Below, one piece after another: positions 1 to 9,314 of a stretch of 64,000 bases of DNA. The notes under the pieces were generated by a model that did not search any database, had not been told where the DNA came from, and worked only from the letters and a program-made list of their open reading frames with translations. The position numbers and the translations under genes are program-made. The DNA is from a bacterium. GTDB lineage: Bacteria > Orphanbacterota > Orphanbacteria > Orphanbacterales > Orphanbacteraceae. Location of the stretch: the NCBI GenBank assembly GCA_025782575.1, contig JALGYY010000035.1:20670-84669 (forward strand), read 5' to 3'. Every line of letters begins with the position of its first letter. Position 1 is the stretch's first letter.

Positions 1-1
1 C

Positions 2-547
2 GGATTGACCCTCGGATTCATAGTCGCACTGTTCCTGGGATCCGCCCAGTTCGCCGGCAAGCTCGCCGGCGTGCATATCGGTTTCGGCCTGGCCACCGTT
101 CTCGATCCGATCACGGAGGAGCAGGGAACCCTGATCGATCAGCTGCACGGGCTGATGGTGCTCGTTCTCTTTCTGACTCTCGGCGGCCACCGTTTTCTCT
201 TGCTCGCCCTCGGGACGAGCTTTGATCTCATACCCCTCGGAACCGCTGTTCTTCCCCCATCGATCGGTGAAGGCATTCTCAGATTGTTCGTGGAGGTCGT
301 GATTCTCGGCATTCAGATCGCCGTTCCGGTCATGGCCAGCGTATTCCTGACAGAAGCGACGATCGGAATCCTGTCTCGCGGCGCTCCCCAGTTCAACATC
401 TTTTCGATCGGGCTGCCTCTCCGGATCGGGGTAGGCTCCATCGTGCTCGCGTCCACCATGCCGGTTACGATGAAACTCATGCGGAATTTCATTCTTCGAC
501 TACCTGACGAGCTGAGCAGCCTGCTGTATCAGCTTTCGGCCATGTAG
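2..547 (+). CDS. fliR: Flagellar biosynthesis protein FliR, C-terminal part (5' truncated by window edge)
   Basis: Polytopic hydrophobic protein immediately upstream of flhB. Conserved gene order fliR-flhB-flhA. The reading frame is open to the window start. Confidence 0.7.
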   Translation, partial: GLTLGFIVALFLGSAQFAGKLAGVHIGFGLATVLDPITEEQGTLIDQLHGLMVLVLFLTLGGHRFLLLALGTSFDLIPLGTAVLPPSIGEGILRLFVEVVILGIQIAVPVMASVFLTEATIGILSRGAPQFNIFSIGLPLRIGVGSIVLASTMPVTMKLMRNFILRLPDELSSLLYQLSAM

Positions 548-559
548 GGGGAACGTAAA

Positions 560-1657
560 ATGGCCGAATCAGATCATGAAAAATCAGAACAGCCAACACA
601 CCGAAAGAAGACGAAAGCCCGAAGTAAGGGCGATGTCGTCAAGAGTACGGAGCTCAAGTCGGCCATCATAATCTTGTCGAGCGCACTCATCATGAAATCG
701 GCCGGCCCCTGGATGAAAGTTCAATTCATGGAACAGGTCACTCTCGCATTTGCGAATTCCACCACACTTCCGGTTACCGAGGATACCGTTCCCGGCATCG
801 CGGCGGAATGGGTCCTCTGGGCAGGTCACCTTCTGGGACCGCTCTTCCTTGCATTTGCGGCAGTCGCGATTGTCACTACGGCAGCCCTGCAAGGCGGTTT
901 CGTATTCACCACTCAGAAGCTGGCGGTCAATATCGGACGGCTGAACCCGATTTCCGGGGCCAAACAACTTTTCTCCAGCCGGATGATATTCAATCTTCTG
1001 CGAGACCTCGTCAAAGTCATCCTGTTGGCGATGGTCTCTTATTCAATCGTGCGGAGTGCAGTCGACCTCTTCCTGAACATTCCCGACAACGACCTGGGGC
1101 GTACGCTTACAAACGTAGGCGGTCTCGTCACCGATCTTCTCTGGCGAACCGGTCTCGTTCTCCTGGTGATCGGCATGGCCGACTACGCTTTTCAACGCCG
1201 GAAGCACAACAAAGATCTGATGATGTCGAAGCGAGAGGTGAAGGACGAGATGAAGGAATCGGACGGCGACCCTCTAGTAAAGGGGAGGATTCGAGCCGCG
1301 CAGAAGGAACTCGCCCGGAAACGGATGATGCTTGCCGTTCCCGACGCCGACGTCGTCCTTACGAACCCGACCGAGTACGCGGTGGCACTCAAGTACGATC
1401 CTGCGGAGATGTCAGCACCGACCGTCGTCGCCAAGGGACGCCGCCTGATCGCTCAGAAAATCAAAGAGATCGCTATCGAGGCCGGTGTTCCGATTGTTGA
1501 AAACAAAGCCCTTGCTCGCTCGCTCTGGAAGCTTGTGCCGGTAGACGGCATCGTGCCTGGGGAACTCTACCGTGCGGTCGCCGAGGTTCTCTCCTTCGTT
1601 TACAAACAGAAGAACCGAGTCAAGGATTTCACTCAACCCATAGGACGGGACTCCTGA
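560..1657 (+). CDS. flhB: Flagellar export apparatus protein FlhB
   Basis: 365 aa with an N-terminal TM region. C-terminal domain carries an NPTE (NPTH-like) autocleavage motif and an 'AVALKYD...APTVVAKG' signature. Followed directly by flhA. Confidence 0.9.
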   Translation: MAESDHEKSEQPTHRKKTKARSKGDVVKSTELKSAIIILSSALIMKSAGPWMKVQFMEQVTLAFANSTTLPVTEDTVPGIAAEWVLWAGHLLGPLFLAFAAVAIVTTAALQGGFVFTTQKLAVNIGRLNPISGAKQLFSSRMIFNLLRDLVKVILLAMVSYSIVRSAVDLFLNIPDNDLGRTLTNVGGLVTDLLWRTGLVLLVIGMADYAFQRRKHNKDLMMSKREVKDEMKESDGDPLVKGRIRAAQKELARKRMMLAVPDADVVLTNPTEYAVALKYDPAEMSAPTVVAKGRRLIAQKIKEIAIEAGVPIVENKALARSLWKLVPVDGIVPGELYRAVAEVLSFVYKQKNRVKDFTQPIGRDS

Positions 1658-1658
1658 T

Positions 1659-3773
1659 ATGAGCGCCAATCCAGCCGTCTTGCCGAATAAACAGAGAAGG
1701 GTGCCGAGCGCGGACATCGTCCTCGTAGTCGGCGTAATTTCCATCATCGGCATCATGATCGTTCCCCTACCCACCTGGATTCTAGACATCCTGCTGACGT
1801 TCAATATTGCCTTCTCACTGGTAATACTCGCGAACTCGCTTTTCGTGAGCGCCCCGCTTCAGATATCCGTCTTTCCGTCACTCATGCTGATCGTGACTCT
1901 CTTTCGCCTGTCGCTGAACGTCGCATCCACACGACTCATCTTGGGCCAGGCCTACGCAGGGGACGTCATCTCCGCCTTCGGTTCGTTCGTCATTCGAGAC
2001 AACTACATCGTCGGTTTCGTGATCTTTATTATCCTGGTGGCGATCCAGTTCTTCGTGATCGTCCGTGGTACGGAACGAAACGCAGAGGTGGGAGCACGAT
2101 TTACGTTGGATGCGATGCCCGGAAAACAGATGGCCATCGACGCCGATCTGAGTGCGGGGTTGATCAACGAAGAAGAAGCCCGGCAGCGCCGTGATGACAT
2201 TTCGCGGGAGGCGAACTTCTACGGCTCAATGGACGGCGCCGCCAAATTCGTCAAAGGGGATGCGGTAGCCGGTATTATTATCACCCTCGTCAATATACTC
2301 GCCGGATTCATCGTCGGGATGGTACAGCTCGGCATGGCTCCCGATGAATCGCTCAGGGTCTACACGCGGCTTACAATCGGTGATGGTCTCGTCAGTCAGA
2401 TTCCGGCCCTCCTCGTTTCGACTGCGGCCGGTATCGTGGTCAGCCGGGCCGCTGCGGCCGGGAACCTCGGCACCGAGATCAAAGACCAGCTGTTCAGCAA
2501 TCGCAAACCACTCACTATTGTAGCAGGAGCGCTCGTCTGCCTGGCAATCGTGCCGGGGATTCCTGCGGTTCCGCTCATCGTTCTTGCCGGGGGACTCCTC
2601 CTCGTTGCCCGATCAGCAACGGCCGCCCGGTCTACCGAGAAAGCAGATGAAAAGCCGGAAGAGACCGAGGAGAAACCGGAGGAGACTCCCGAGGATTACC
2701 TGCGGATCGACCGGCTGGAGTTGGCGATCGGATACGGCCTCATCCCGATGATGGACGCCGAAGGGGGGAGCGACTTTCTGGACCGGGTCGTCGCTCTCCG
2801 CCGTCAGGTGGCAAGCGACGTCGGGATCATCGTCCCCCGCATTCGGGTACGTGACGATATCCGGCTCCAGCCTGACGAATACGAGATTCGTATCAAGAGC
2901 CATCGTGTGGCGGGCGGGACCGTCCGTGCCGGACACTTCCTCGCAATGGGAGCCGAAAGCGGGCTGAACAAGATCGAGGGAATCGAAACGAAGGAACCGG
3001 CGTTCGGCCTTCGTGCCAAGTGGGTCAATTCCGCGCAGAAAAGCGCCGCAGAGGACCAGGGTCTTACCGTAGTCGGAACGAGCGTCGTCCTCGCGACTCA
3101 CCTAACCGAGATGATCAAGAAGCATGCATGGGAAGTTCTTTCCCGACAGGATGTCCAGAGTCTTCTCGATGAAATCAACAAGGAGAATCCGGCACTGATC
3201 AAAGATGTAATCCCGGACCAGGTGAGCCTCGGAACGATTCACCGGGTTCTTCAAAGTCTACTGAAGGAGCGAGTGCCCATAAGAGATCTGGGGTCGATCC
3301 TCGAGACCATCATCGATTATTCATCAACCGTCAAGGATATCGATCTTCTTACGGAATACGTCCGCGCCGGTCTCAGTCGGGCCATCTGCAACGACCATAT
3401 GGGGAAGAATCGGCAGCTTCCGGTGATCACGATTGATCCCGCGTTGGAACAGGAATTTACGCAGGCGCTTCGGGATGGAGGGGGGCAGCTCGTAACAGCT
3501 CTGGCTCCCGTCAAGGTCCAAAGAATCCTGGACAACCTCAAATCCATGATCAAGGGAGCCCTTGATCGAGGAGAACGGCCGGCGATCATATGTTCCCCGC
3601 AGATCCGTCTAGGGATACGCAGGCTCACGGAGGCCTCTTTCCCGAATCAGCCGGTGCTCTCCTATCATGAAATTGCACCAGATGTCGATCTTTCGTCAGT
3701 AGGGGTCCTGAGTGCCGATGCACCGGCTCCACCGGAACCGGTTGGCGCACTGGCAGGAGCAACGACGGAGTGA
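1659..3773 (+). CDS. flhA: Flagellar export apparatus protein FlhA
   Basis: 704 aa with 8 TM N-terminal region. 'FHG..DGAAKFVKGDAVAGIII' FHIPEP signature. Large cytoplasmic C-terminal domain. Confidence 0.92.
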   Translation: MSANPAVLPNKQRRVPSADIVLVVGVISIIGIMIVPLPTWILDILLTFNIAFSLVILANSLFVSAPLQISVFPSLMLIVTLFRLSLNVASTRLILGQAYAGDVISAFGSFVIRDNYIVGFVIFIILVAIQFFVIVRGTERNAEVGARFTLDAMPGKQMAIDADLSAGLINEEEARQRRDDISREANFYGSMDGAAKFVKGDAVAGIIITLVNILAGFIVGMVQLGMAPDESLRVYTRLTIGDGLVSQIPALLVSTAAGIVVSRAAAAGNLGTEIKDQLFSNRKPLTIVAGALVCLAIVPGIPAVPLIVLAGGLLLVARSATAARSTEKADEKPEETEEKPEETPEDYLRIDRLELAIGYGLIPMMDAEGGSDFLDRVVALRRQVASDVGIIVPRIRVRDDIRLQPDEYEIRIKSHRVAGGTVRAGHFLAMGAESGLNKIEGIETKEPAFGLRAKWVNSAQKSAAEDQGLTVVGTSVVLATHLTEMIKKHAWEVLSRQDVQSLLDEINKENPALIKDVIPDQVSLGTIHRVLQSLLKERVPIRDLGSILETIIDYSSTVKDIDLLTEYVRAGLSRAICNDHMGKNRQLPVITIDPALEQEFTQALRDGGGQLVTALAPVKVQRILDNLKSMIKGALDRGERPAIICSPQIRLGIRRLTEASFPNQPVLSYHEIAPDVDLSSVGVLSADAPAPPEPVGALAGATTE

Positions 3774-3783
3774 TCGATCATTC

Positions 3784-4527
3784 ATGGGTGAATCACCTGG
3801 AACAGAAGTTTATCGGGACGCCACTTTCGAACGTCGAGAAAGATCGATACTCGACGGGATGTCTCTCGTAAAGAAAATTGCGAGGGGGATTGCCGGAAAG
3901 GTCCCCAACACGGTCGATCCTCTCGACCTGGAAAGTGCCGGCACGATCGGATTGATCCGCGCGGTCGATCTATTCGACCCTGACCGGGGTGTCCCGTTCG
4001 AAGCGTTCGCCTCCCACTATGTCCGAGGAGCGGTTCTCGACCATCTTCGTGCTCTCGACCCTCTTCCGTACTCGACACGATCGAGAATCCGAAAGATCGA
4101 AAAATCCTACATCGATCTCGAGAGGGAGACCGGCCGAACACCTTCAGATGAAGAGGTTTCCCGACACACCGGAATTGACGAGAGGGATATCTCACGACTT
4201 CTTGGAGAAGCGGCCAACCTTACTATTCGGTCGCTACAGGACGATCAGGACTCTGCCACGCCTGATATTCCGGACAAGGGGGAGGCGGCCGCCAAGATCT
4301 ATGAGCAAGTGGAAAACCAGCAGCTCGCTGAAATCCTTGTCGGTTTTCTGGGGCACCTCCCGGAAAGAGATCGCCTCATTCTCTCGCTCTACTATTTTGA
4401 TGAACTCAAAATGAAGGAGATTGCCGAGCTGTTCGAGCTTACGGAATCTCGTGTTTCTCAGCTCCACAGCAGGGCCATTACAATCCTTCGAGCCCGAATG
4501 AGAACCGTTCTCGAGGAGAAGTCATGA
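3784..4527 (+). CDS. fliA: Flagellar sigma factor FliA (sigma-28)
   Basis: Sigma-70 family regions 2-4: 'DLESAGTIGLIRAVDLFDPDRGVPFEAFASHYVRGAV' and a C-terminal HTH 'MKEIAELFELTESRVSQLHSRA'. The ORF-track start at 3712 overlaps flhA, so the internal ATG at 3784 is preferred. Confidence 0.85.
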   Translation: MGESPGTEVYRDATFERRERSILDGMSLVKKIARGIAGKVPNTVDPLDLESAGTIGLIRAVDLFDPDRGVPFEAFASHYVRGAVLDHLRALDPLPYSTRSRIRKIEKSYIDLERETGRTPSDEEVSRHTGIDERDISRLLGEAANLTIRSLQDDQDSATPDIPDKGEAAAKIYEQVENQQLAEILVGFLGHLPERDRLILSLYYFDELKMKEIAELFELTESRVSQLHSRAITILRARMRTVLEEKS

Positions 4528-4766
4528 TCTCCTCTCCCGAACATGTCGAGCTGCCCCGAAAGCCGACACCGCCGCCACCGTTCGAGCGGATCAATCCCCA
4601 GGTCCGCACGGAAAAGAAAGGGGATCGCAAGAAGAAAGAGGCGGCTGAGGAAAAGCGAGACGATGAGGATCACGCGACCGGAGCCGCGGGGCCCCACTCG
4701 AAGAAGAGTCCCCAACCTCCCGGCAAGAATCCCTCGCGAGGCAAGCGGCTCGATTTGCTGGTCTAG
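4524..4766 (+). CDS. Small hypothetical protein (80 aa, Pro/Lys/Glu-rich, low complexity)
   Basis: ORF overlaps the fliA stop (ATGA) and fills the fliA-downstream gap. No recognisable domain. An alternative frame (4543..4815) is also open, so the coding status is uncertain. Confidence 0.25.
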   Translation: MISSPEHVELPRKPTPPPPFERINPQVRTEKKGDRKKKEAAEEKRDDEDHATGAAGPHSKKSPQPPGKNPSRGKRLDLLV

Positions 4767-4811
4767 CATTTCATTGGTTGGAGAAGCAGGCGGTACACCC
4801 TTGAGGTTTCT

Positions 4812-6026
4812 ATGAGAGCACTTGAGCCCGGAAGAGAATACCCGGCAACAGTCGCCGGATTCCTGCCCGGAAGAAGGGTGATTCTTGATATCGGTGGAGA
4901 CACGTATCTTGCGTGGACCGATCTTCCGCTCATCCGGGGTTCCCGAATTCGTACCAGGGCGGAGCGGGCGAAGGGCGGGATCTGTCTCAAACTGCTTGAC
5001 CAGGAAGATCACTCAGGCGACAGAGACCATTCCTCCCACGCTGGTGCAGATGAGTTGGATCGCCTGATCGAAGCCGTTGCGACCGAAGGGGGTCGAAAGC
5101 CGGCCGCCGAAGTCGTCAACCAGATCCGGTATTGCCTGAGGTGGGCCGATTCCCGGCTCGACAATGAGGCAGTCCCTCTCACCAAGATCGAGAAAACCGT
5201 TCACACTGTCGTGACGCTGTTCCAGCGCCGGGTACCTGTCCGGCCCCGCACATTGAGGGCGCTCGAGACCTGCGAGGAAGCGAGGCTCGGCACCACCCTG
5301 GCCCATCTGGAATCGAGCCTCCTGCAGACGGCCGATTCGATTGAGGGCCCGCGAGCGATCACTATGGAAAACCTGGCCAGGGAAGCGGCTCGGTTCTTCC
5401 ATCCGATCCGGTCGGACCGGGCGACGTTTTGTCTGGAGCCTATCGTGCGTAAGGCGGGCTACTTGCTCGAGTCTGATCTCACAGCCCTCGGCAGGCATGA
5501 CTGGCGATCGGTCGAAGACTTTCGCGAACGGAGTCTGAAGGCGTTTCTGCTTCTCTCCCGATCGGAGCTGACTGTTTTCCGGTCCTGCACATCTCCCGGA
5601 CTCGGAGAGAAGGGGAGAAGGATTCTGGAACGAGCCGTAGCCTGGTGTAATCGATCACTGGAAGTTCTCGAGGGTCTCCAGATTCTGAACCTCCCCACAA
5701 CCGACGGCAGTAAAGTCACGCCTACCTATCAGATCCCCGCGACGTTGAACGGGCGGCGCGCGACTCTTCATCTGATCGTCTCCCCGGAACGCTATCGCTT
5801 CTGGCTCGACCGTGGATCGAAGGATCCCGTGGGTGCGCAGGTCGAACTCAACGGGAATCATTTCGCCGTCCAGGTTTTCGGAGAGGCTGAATCGGCCTGG
5901 GAGCTGGAAGCTACAAAGTCGAGCCATCGCTTTGATGCCACTGTCACGGTGGAATCAGCCGGCGAGGAGTCTTTTATCGACCTTGGCCGGAGCTTGCCGG
6001 ATCGGAGGCTGAATCTTGAAGTCTGA
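4812..6026 (+). CDS. Hypothetical protein, possible divergent hook-length control (FliK-like) protein
   Basis: 404 aa with no NTP-binding motifs, so it is not FlhF or FlhG. N-terminal motif 'ATVAGFLPGRRVILDIGGDTYLAWTDLPLIRGSRI' and C-terminal 'ATLHLIVSPERYRF...AQVELNG' loosely resemble FliK-type segments. It sits between fliA and the rod genes. Confidence 0.5.
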   Translation: MRALEPGREYPATVAGFLPGRRVILDIGGDTYLAWTDLPLIRGSRIRTRAERAKGGICLKLLDQEDHSGDRDHSSHAGADELDRLIEAVATEGGRKPAAEVVNQIRYCLRWADSRLDNEAVPLTKIEKTVHTVVTLFQRRVPVRPRTLRALETCEEARLGTTLAHLESSLLQTADSIEGPRAITMENLAREAARFFHPIRSDRATFCLEPIVRKAGYLLESDLTALGRHDWRSVEDFRERSLKAFLLLSRSELTVFRSCTSPGLGEKGRRILERAVAWCNRSLEVLEGLQILNLPTTDGSKVTPTYQIPATLNGRRATLHLIVSPERYRFWLDRGSKDPVGAQVELNGNHFAVQVFGEAESAWELEATKSSHRFDATVTVESAGEESFIDLGRSLPDRRLNLEV

Positions 6027-6360
6027 TCGCATACGAGGCCTGGCCAACATCCGGCCCATCAAGATTATCGATCGAGACCGGCCTCCGACTTCCACACCCG
6101 ATCCTTTCTTCGCCTGCCTGGCCCGTTCCGGTTGTCCGCCGGAAGAGGCCGCAGGCCCGAAGAGCATGGCCATGCTTCTCTCCGATCTCCTGGATGCTCT
6201 CGCGATCGCAGCCGAATCAGAAAAAACTTCTTTCCTCTAGGGAATATCTTTCCTCCTTACTCGTCCGATTTCCATAAGAAATGTCGCTCGGGCCATCGCT
6301 GATCGCCACGAATCCGGCTCTATATGGCCCCTCCGTCCTGTTTCACCGGCGCAGACCGCG

Positions 6361-6376
6361 TGGCACGCGCTTTGCA
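6361..6376 (+). promoter_or_regulatory. Sigma-54 (RpoN) -24/-12 promoter TGGCACGcgctTTGCA driving flgF operon
   Basis: Exact match to the TGGCACG-N4-TTGCW consensus. It lies 55 bp upstream of the flgF ATG, which has RBS GAGGAGAGAGG. Confidence 0.7.
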
Positions 6377-6430
6377 ATTGCCCTGACCGAACAAGAACCA
6401 CCAATCCGTCCGTTTGAGTGAGGAGAGAGG

Positions 6431-7147
6431 ATGAGCGACGAAATCTATCTTGCCGGCGCTTCGTTGGTTTCGCGACAGTACCGCCAGGAGGCGCTCGTCA
6501 ATAATATTGCGAACGGTTCCACACCCGGATACAAGGCCGCTCGCGTTTTTGCCGAGGTCCTTACGGAAGTCTCCAGTTTCGCTGATCTCCAGGCAATCGG
6601 GCGGAGCCAGAAGCAATACCTCGATCTCTCGCAGGGTAACATCCGTCCCACCGGCCGGCCCCTCGATTTCGCCCTCGACGGCGATGGTTACTTCGTAGTC
6701 CTCGCTCCCGAGGGGGAGCGCTATACCAGAAACGGCAATTTCTCCATCGATGGTGAAGGGACACTGGTCACCCAGAACGGCCATCCGGTTTCAGGAGACG
6801 GGGGGCCGATCACAATCGAGGGAAGCCGGATTGAAGTGAGCGCCGACGGTGAGATCCTCGTGGACGGGGAATCACTAGGCAAACTCAAGGTGACTAATTT
6901 CACCAATCCCCAGAGCCTAGCCCGCAAGGGGGGAAGCCTCTTCGGTCCCCGTGAGGGGGAGAACCTGCGTAGTGCGGAGCCTACAGCCGTGGTCTGCCAG
7001 AACTGTCTCGAAGAATCCAACGTAAAGACATCAGAAGAAATGATGCGAGTTCTCGCTCAGTTGCGGCAGTTCGAAGCATCTCAGAAGAACCTCACGCTCC
7101 AGAGCGAGACCTTGAGGCGTGTGGGCAACGAACTACTCAACGGTTAG
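6431..7147 (+). CDS. flgF: Flagellar basal-body rod protein FlgF
   Basis: N-terminal rod/hook signature 'LVNNIANGSTPGYKA'. 238 aa. Immediately precedes flgG. Confidence 0.85.
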   Translation: MSDEIYLAGASLVSRQYRQEALVNNIANGSTPGYKAARVFAEVLTEVSSFADLQAIGRSQKQYLDLSQGNIRPTGRPLDFALDGDGYFVVLAPEGERYTRNGNFSIDGEGTLVTQNGHPVSGDGGPITIEGSRIEVSADGEILVDGESLGKLKVTNFTNPQSLARKGGSLFGPREGENLRSAEPTAVVCQNCLEESNVKTSEEMMRVLAQLRQFEASQKNLTLQSETLRRVGNELLNG

Positions 7148-7165
7148 CGCCGGGAGGAAGAAACT

Positions 7166-7954
7166 ATGATACGAGCGATGCGAACTGCCGCCACGGGAAT
7201 GAAAGCGCAGCAGCTGAACGTGGACAACATCGCAAACAATCTCGCCAATGTGAATACTACCGGCTTCAAGAAGAGCCGAGTGGAATTTCAGGATCTGTTT
7301 TATCAACTGACCCGCGTGGCGGGTAACCCGACAGCATCGGGAGCAGTTTCGCCGTCATCGCTGGAAATCGGGTATGGCGCCACGCCGGTTTCTACGCAGA
7401 GGATGTTCACGCAGGGTGATCTCGTCTCCACGGGGAATCCGACAGATCTGGCGGTCAAAGGGGACGGCTTTTTCCGCATTCTCCTTCCAGAAGGGGGCGA
7501 AGCCTATACCAGAGACGGCAGTTTTAAAGTCTCGGCGGAAGGTCAGCTCATGACGTCCGACGGCTATCTTCTGGATCCCGAAATCACGATTCCGGCGGAA
7601 ACATCTCACATCAGCTTCTCACCGGACGGAGTGGTTTCCGTGACACTCGGGAATGAAAATGAATCACAGATCGTCGGTCAGATCGAGTTGATGCGATTCG
7701 TCAATCCATCAGGGCTTCGCGCCATCGGTCAGAATCTCTTTACCGAGACACCGGTTTCGGGTGAATCCATTCCCGGTACGCCGGGATCGGACGGGCTCGG
7801 ACGGCTCTCCCAGGGATTTCTAGAAGTATCGAACGTTGATATTGTCGAGGAAATGATCGCGCTTATCGCCGCCCAACGTGCTTATGAAATCAATTCCAAA
7901 GCGATCAAGGCGTCGGAGGACATGATGTCCATGGCGAATAATCTAACCAGGTAA
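7166..7954 (+). CDS. flgG: Flagellar distal rod protein FlgG
   Basis: 'MIRAMRTAATGMKAQQLNVDNIANNLANVNTTGFK' N-terminus and conserved C-terminal 'IAAQRAYEINSKAIKASEDMM'. Confidence 0.9.
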   Translation: MIRAMRTAATGMKAQQLNVDNIANNLANVNTTGFKKSRVEFQDLFYQLTRVAGNPTASGAVSPSSLEIGYGATPVSTQRMFTQGDLVSTGNPTDLAVKGDGFFRILLPEGGEAYTRDGSFKVSAEGQLMTSDGYLLDPEITIPAETSHISFSPDGVVSVTLGNENESQIVGQIELMRFVNPSGLRAIGQNLFTETPVSGESIPGTPGSDGLGRLSQGFLEVSNVDIVEEMIALIAAQRAYEINSKAIKASEDMMSMANNLTR

Positions 7955-7980
7955 ACGACAACCAATAGGGGCGTTCAGGG

Positions 7981-8730
7981 ATGACACCCGTAAGAATCGA
8001 AAGCTCGAACATAATCCGAAGACTGCACTGGCTCATCTGGTTTCCATTTCTTGCGGCCGGCATGGCGAGTGGGTCAACGATTACGCCCGACGCCGTCCGG
8101 GAAGAAGCGAACAGGTTCCTGGAGCGGTCTTTTCAAGGGCAGGGGGAGATCCGAATCCAATTGGGTGACCTCCCGGACCTCGGCGATCTTGCCGGTCAGG
8201 ATCGGGAGATTCGCTTCCGGCCCATGCGTCCTCTCGACCGGCGAGGCCCCGTTTCTCTTTCAGTCGAATTCTACGCTGACGGCAATCGTACTGACCGTCG
8301 ATCGTTGACAGCCGATGTCCAGGTGTTTCGCGCGATACCGATCTCCACTCGCCGGATCGACCGGCATCAAATGATACGAGAAGAGGACCTCGCTCTCGAG
8401 ATCCGCGACGTTCGGACCATCCCCGGGGCGCTTCACACTCTGGAAGAGGCGCTCGGTATGCGAGCTGTTCGCCTTCTTCCGGAAGGCAAACCGATTACGG
8501 AAGACCGTATCGAGCCTGTTCCCGTTGTTTCCCGAGGAGAGAAGGTCATGGTGAGTCTCCGTCTCGGATCGATCGCCATCACCGCTTCAGCCATCGCTCT
8601 CGGCGATGGCGCGGTGGGTGAACAGATCGACGTCCGGAACGAACGAAGCGGGAAGCGGGTCACGGCGACAGTCGTTCGCGCCGGTCTCGTTCGTATTGAA
8701 TTGATCGACGGAGCGGGGGGTTGGTCATGA
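7981..8730 (+). CDS. flgA: Flagellar P-ring assembly chaperone FlgA
   Basis: Signal peptide. C-terminal SAF-like segment 'GEQIDVRNERSGKRVTATVVRAGLVRIE'. Position between flgG and flgH. Confidence 0.8.
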   Translation: MTPVRIESSNIIRRLHWLIWFPFLAAGMASGSTITPDAVREEANRFLERSFQGQGEIRIQLGDLPDLGDLAGQDREIRFRPMRPLDRRGPVSLSVEFYADGNRTDRRSLTADVQVFRAIPISTRRIDRHQMIREEDLALEIRDVRTIPGALHTLEEALGMRAVRLLPEGKPITEDRIEPVPVVSRGEKVMVSLRLGSIAITASAIALGDGAVGEQIDVRNERSGKRVTATVVRAGLVRIELIDGAGGWS

Positions 8731-9314
8731 ATCGAATCGCCATTCTCGCAATCGTCCTCCTGATCACCCTCGGAAGTGCGGTGGCCGGCGGCAGAAATGT
8801 CACCACCGTGCGCCAGGTTTCCCTCTACGCCGATGTCAAAGCACGCGCTGTCGGCGATATCGTGACCGTCATGATCATTGAGAAGATGAGCGGCAGCAAT
8901 TCGACCAAACTCTCGACCAAGCGGAAAGACAAATTCGCTCATAGTGGAAATGAGGGGACGGGCCTCTTTGATTTCGTTCCTGACTTCGGGCTTTCCGCCA
9001 GTTTCGACAAAAGTCTCGAAGGAACCGGGCAGCAATCCCGCCAGGGAAGGCTCACCGCGCAGATGGCAGCTACCGTGTCAGACATTCTACCGAACGGCGA
9101 TCTTGTAATCCGCGGTGAGAAAGAAGTGGAGGTAAACGGCGAAACCGAAATCCTGTCATTGTCGGGAACGGTACGCCCGGCTGACATCAGTGCGGGCAAC
9201 GTCGTCTTTTCCACCAATATCGCAGGCGCCAAAATCGCATACAAGGGGAAGGGAGTCGTCTCCAAGGGGACGAGCCCGAGTCTGTTCTCGAGGGTCCTGT
9301 CATGGATCTTCTGA
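8721..9314 (+). CDS. flgH: Flagellar L-ring protein FlgH
   Basis: Signal peptide. 'DIVTVMIIEKMSGSNS' and 'ILPNGDLVIRGEKEVEVNGETEILSLSGTVRPADI' FlgH signatures. Confidence 0.88.
   Translation: MVMNRIAILAIVLLITLGSAVAGGRNVTTVRQVSLYADVKARAVGDIVTVMIIEKMSGSNSTKLSTKRKDKFAHSGNEGTGLFDFVPDFGLSASFDKSLEGTGQQSRQGRLTAQMAATVSDILPNGDLVIRGEKEVEVNGETEILSLSGTVRPADISAGNVVFSTNIAGAKIAYKGKGVVSKGTSPSLFSRVLSWIF

Noticed and set aside
3712-3783. Upstream start codons for fliA (3712), csrA (14787), fliC (22672) and GT2-TPR (21002)
   Set aside because: The extensions overlap the preceding genes or lack an RBS. Internal ATGs give canonical N-termini matching the protein families.
6016-6240. 74-aa TTG-initiated ORF in the gap before the sigma-54 promoter
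   Set aside because: There is no homology, the start is TTG and the sequence is low complexity. It is kept only as a mention under the flhA-fliA finding. It could instead be non-coding enhancer DNA for the sigma-54 promoter.
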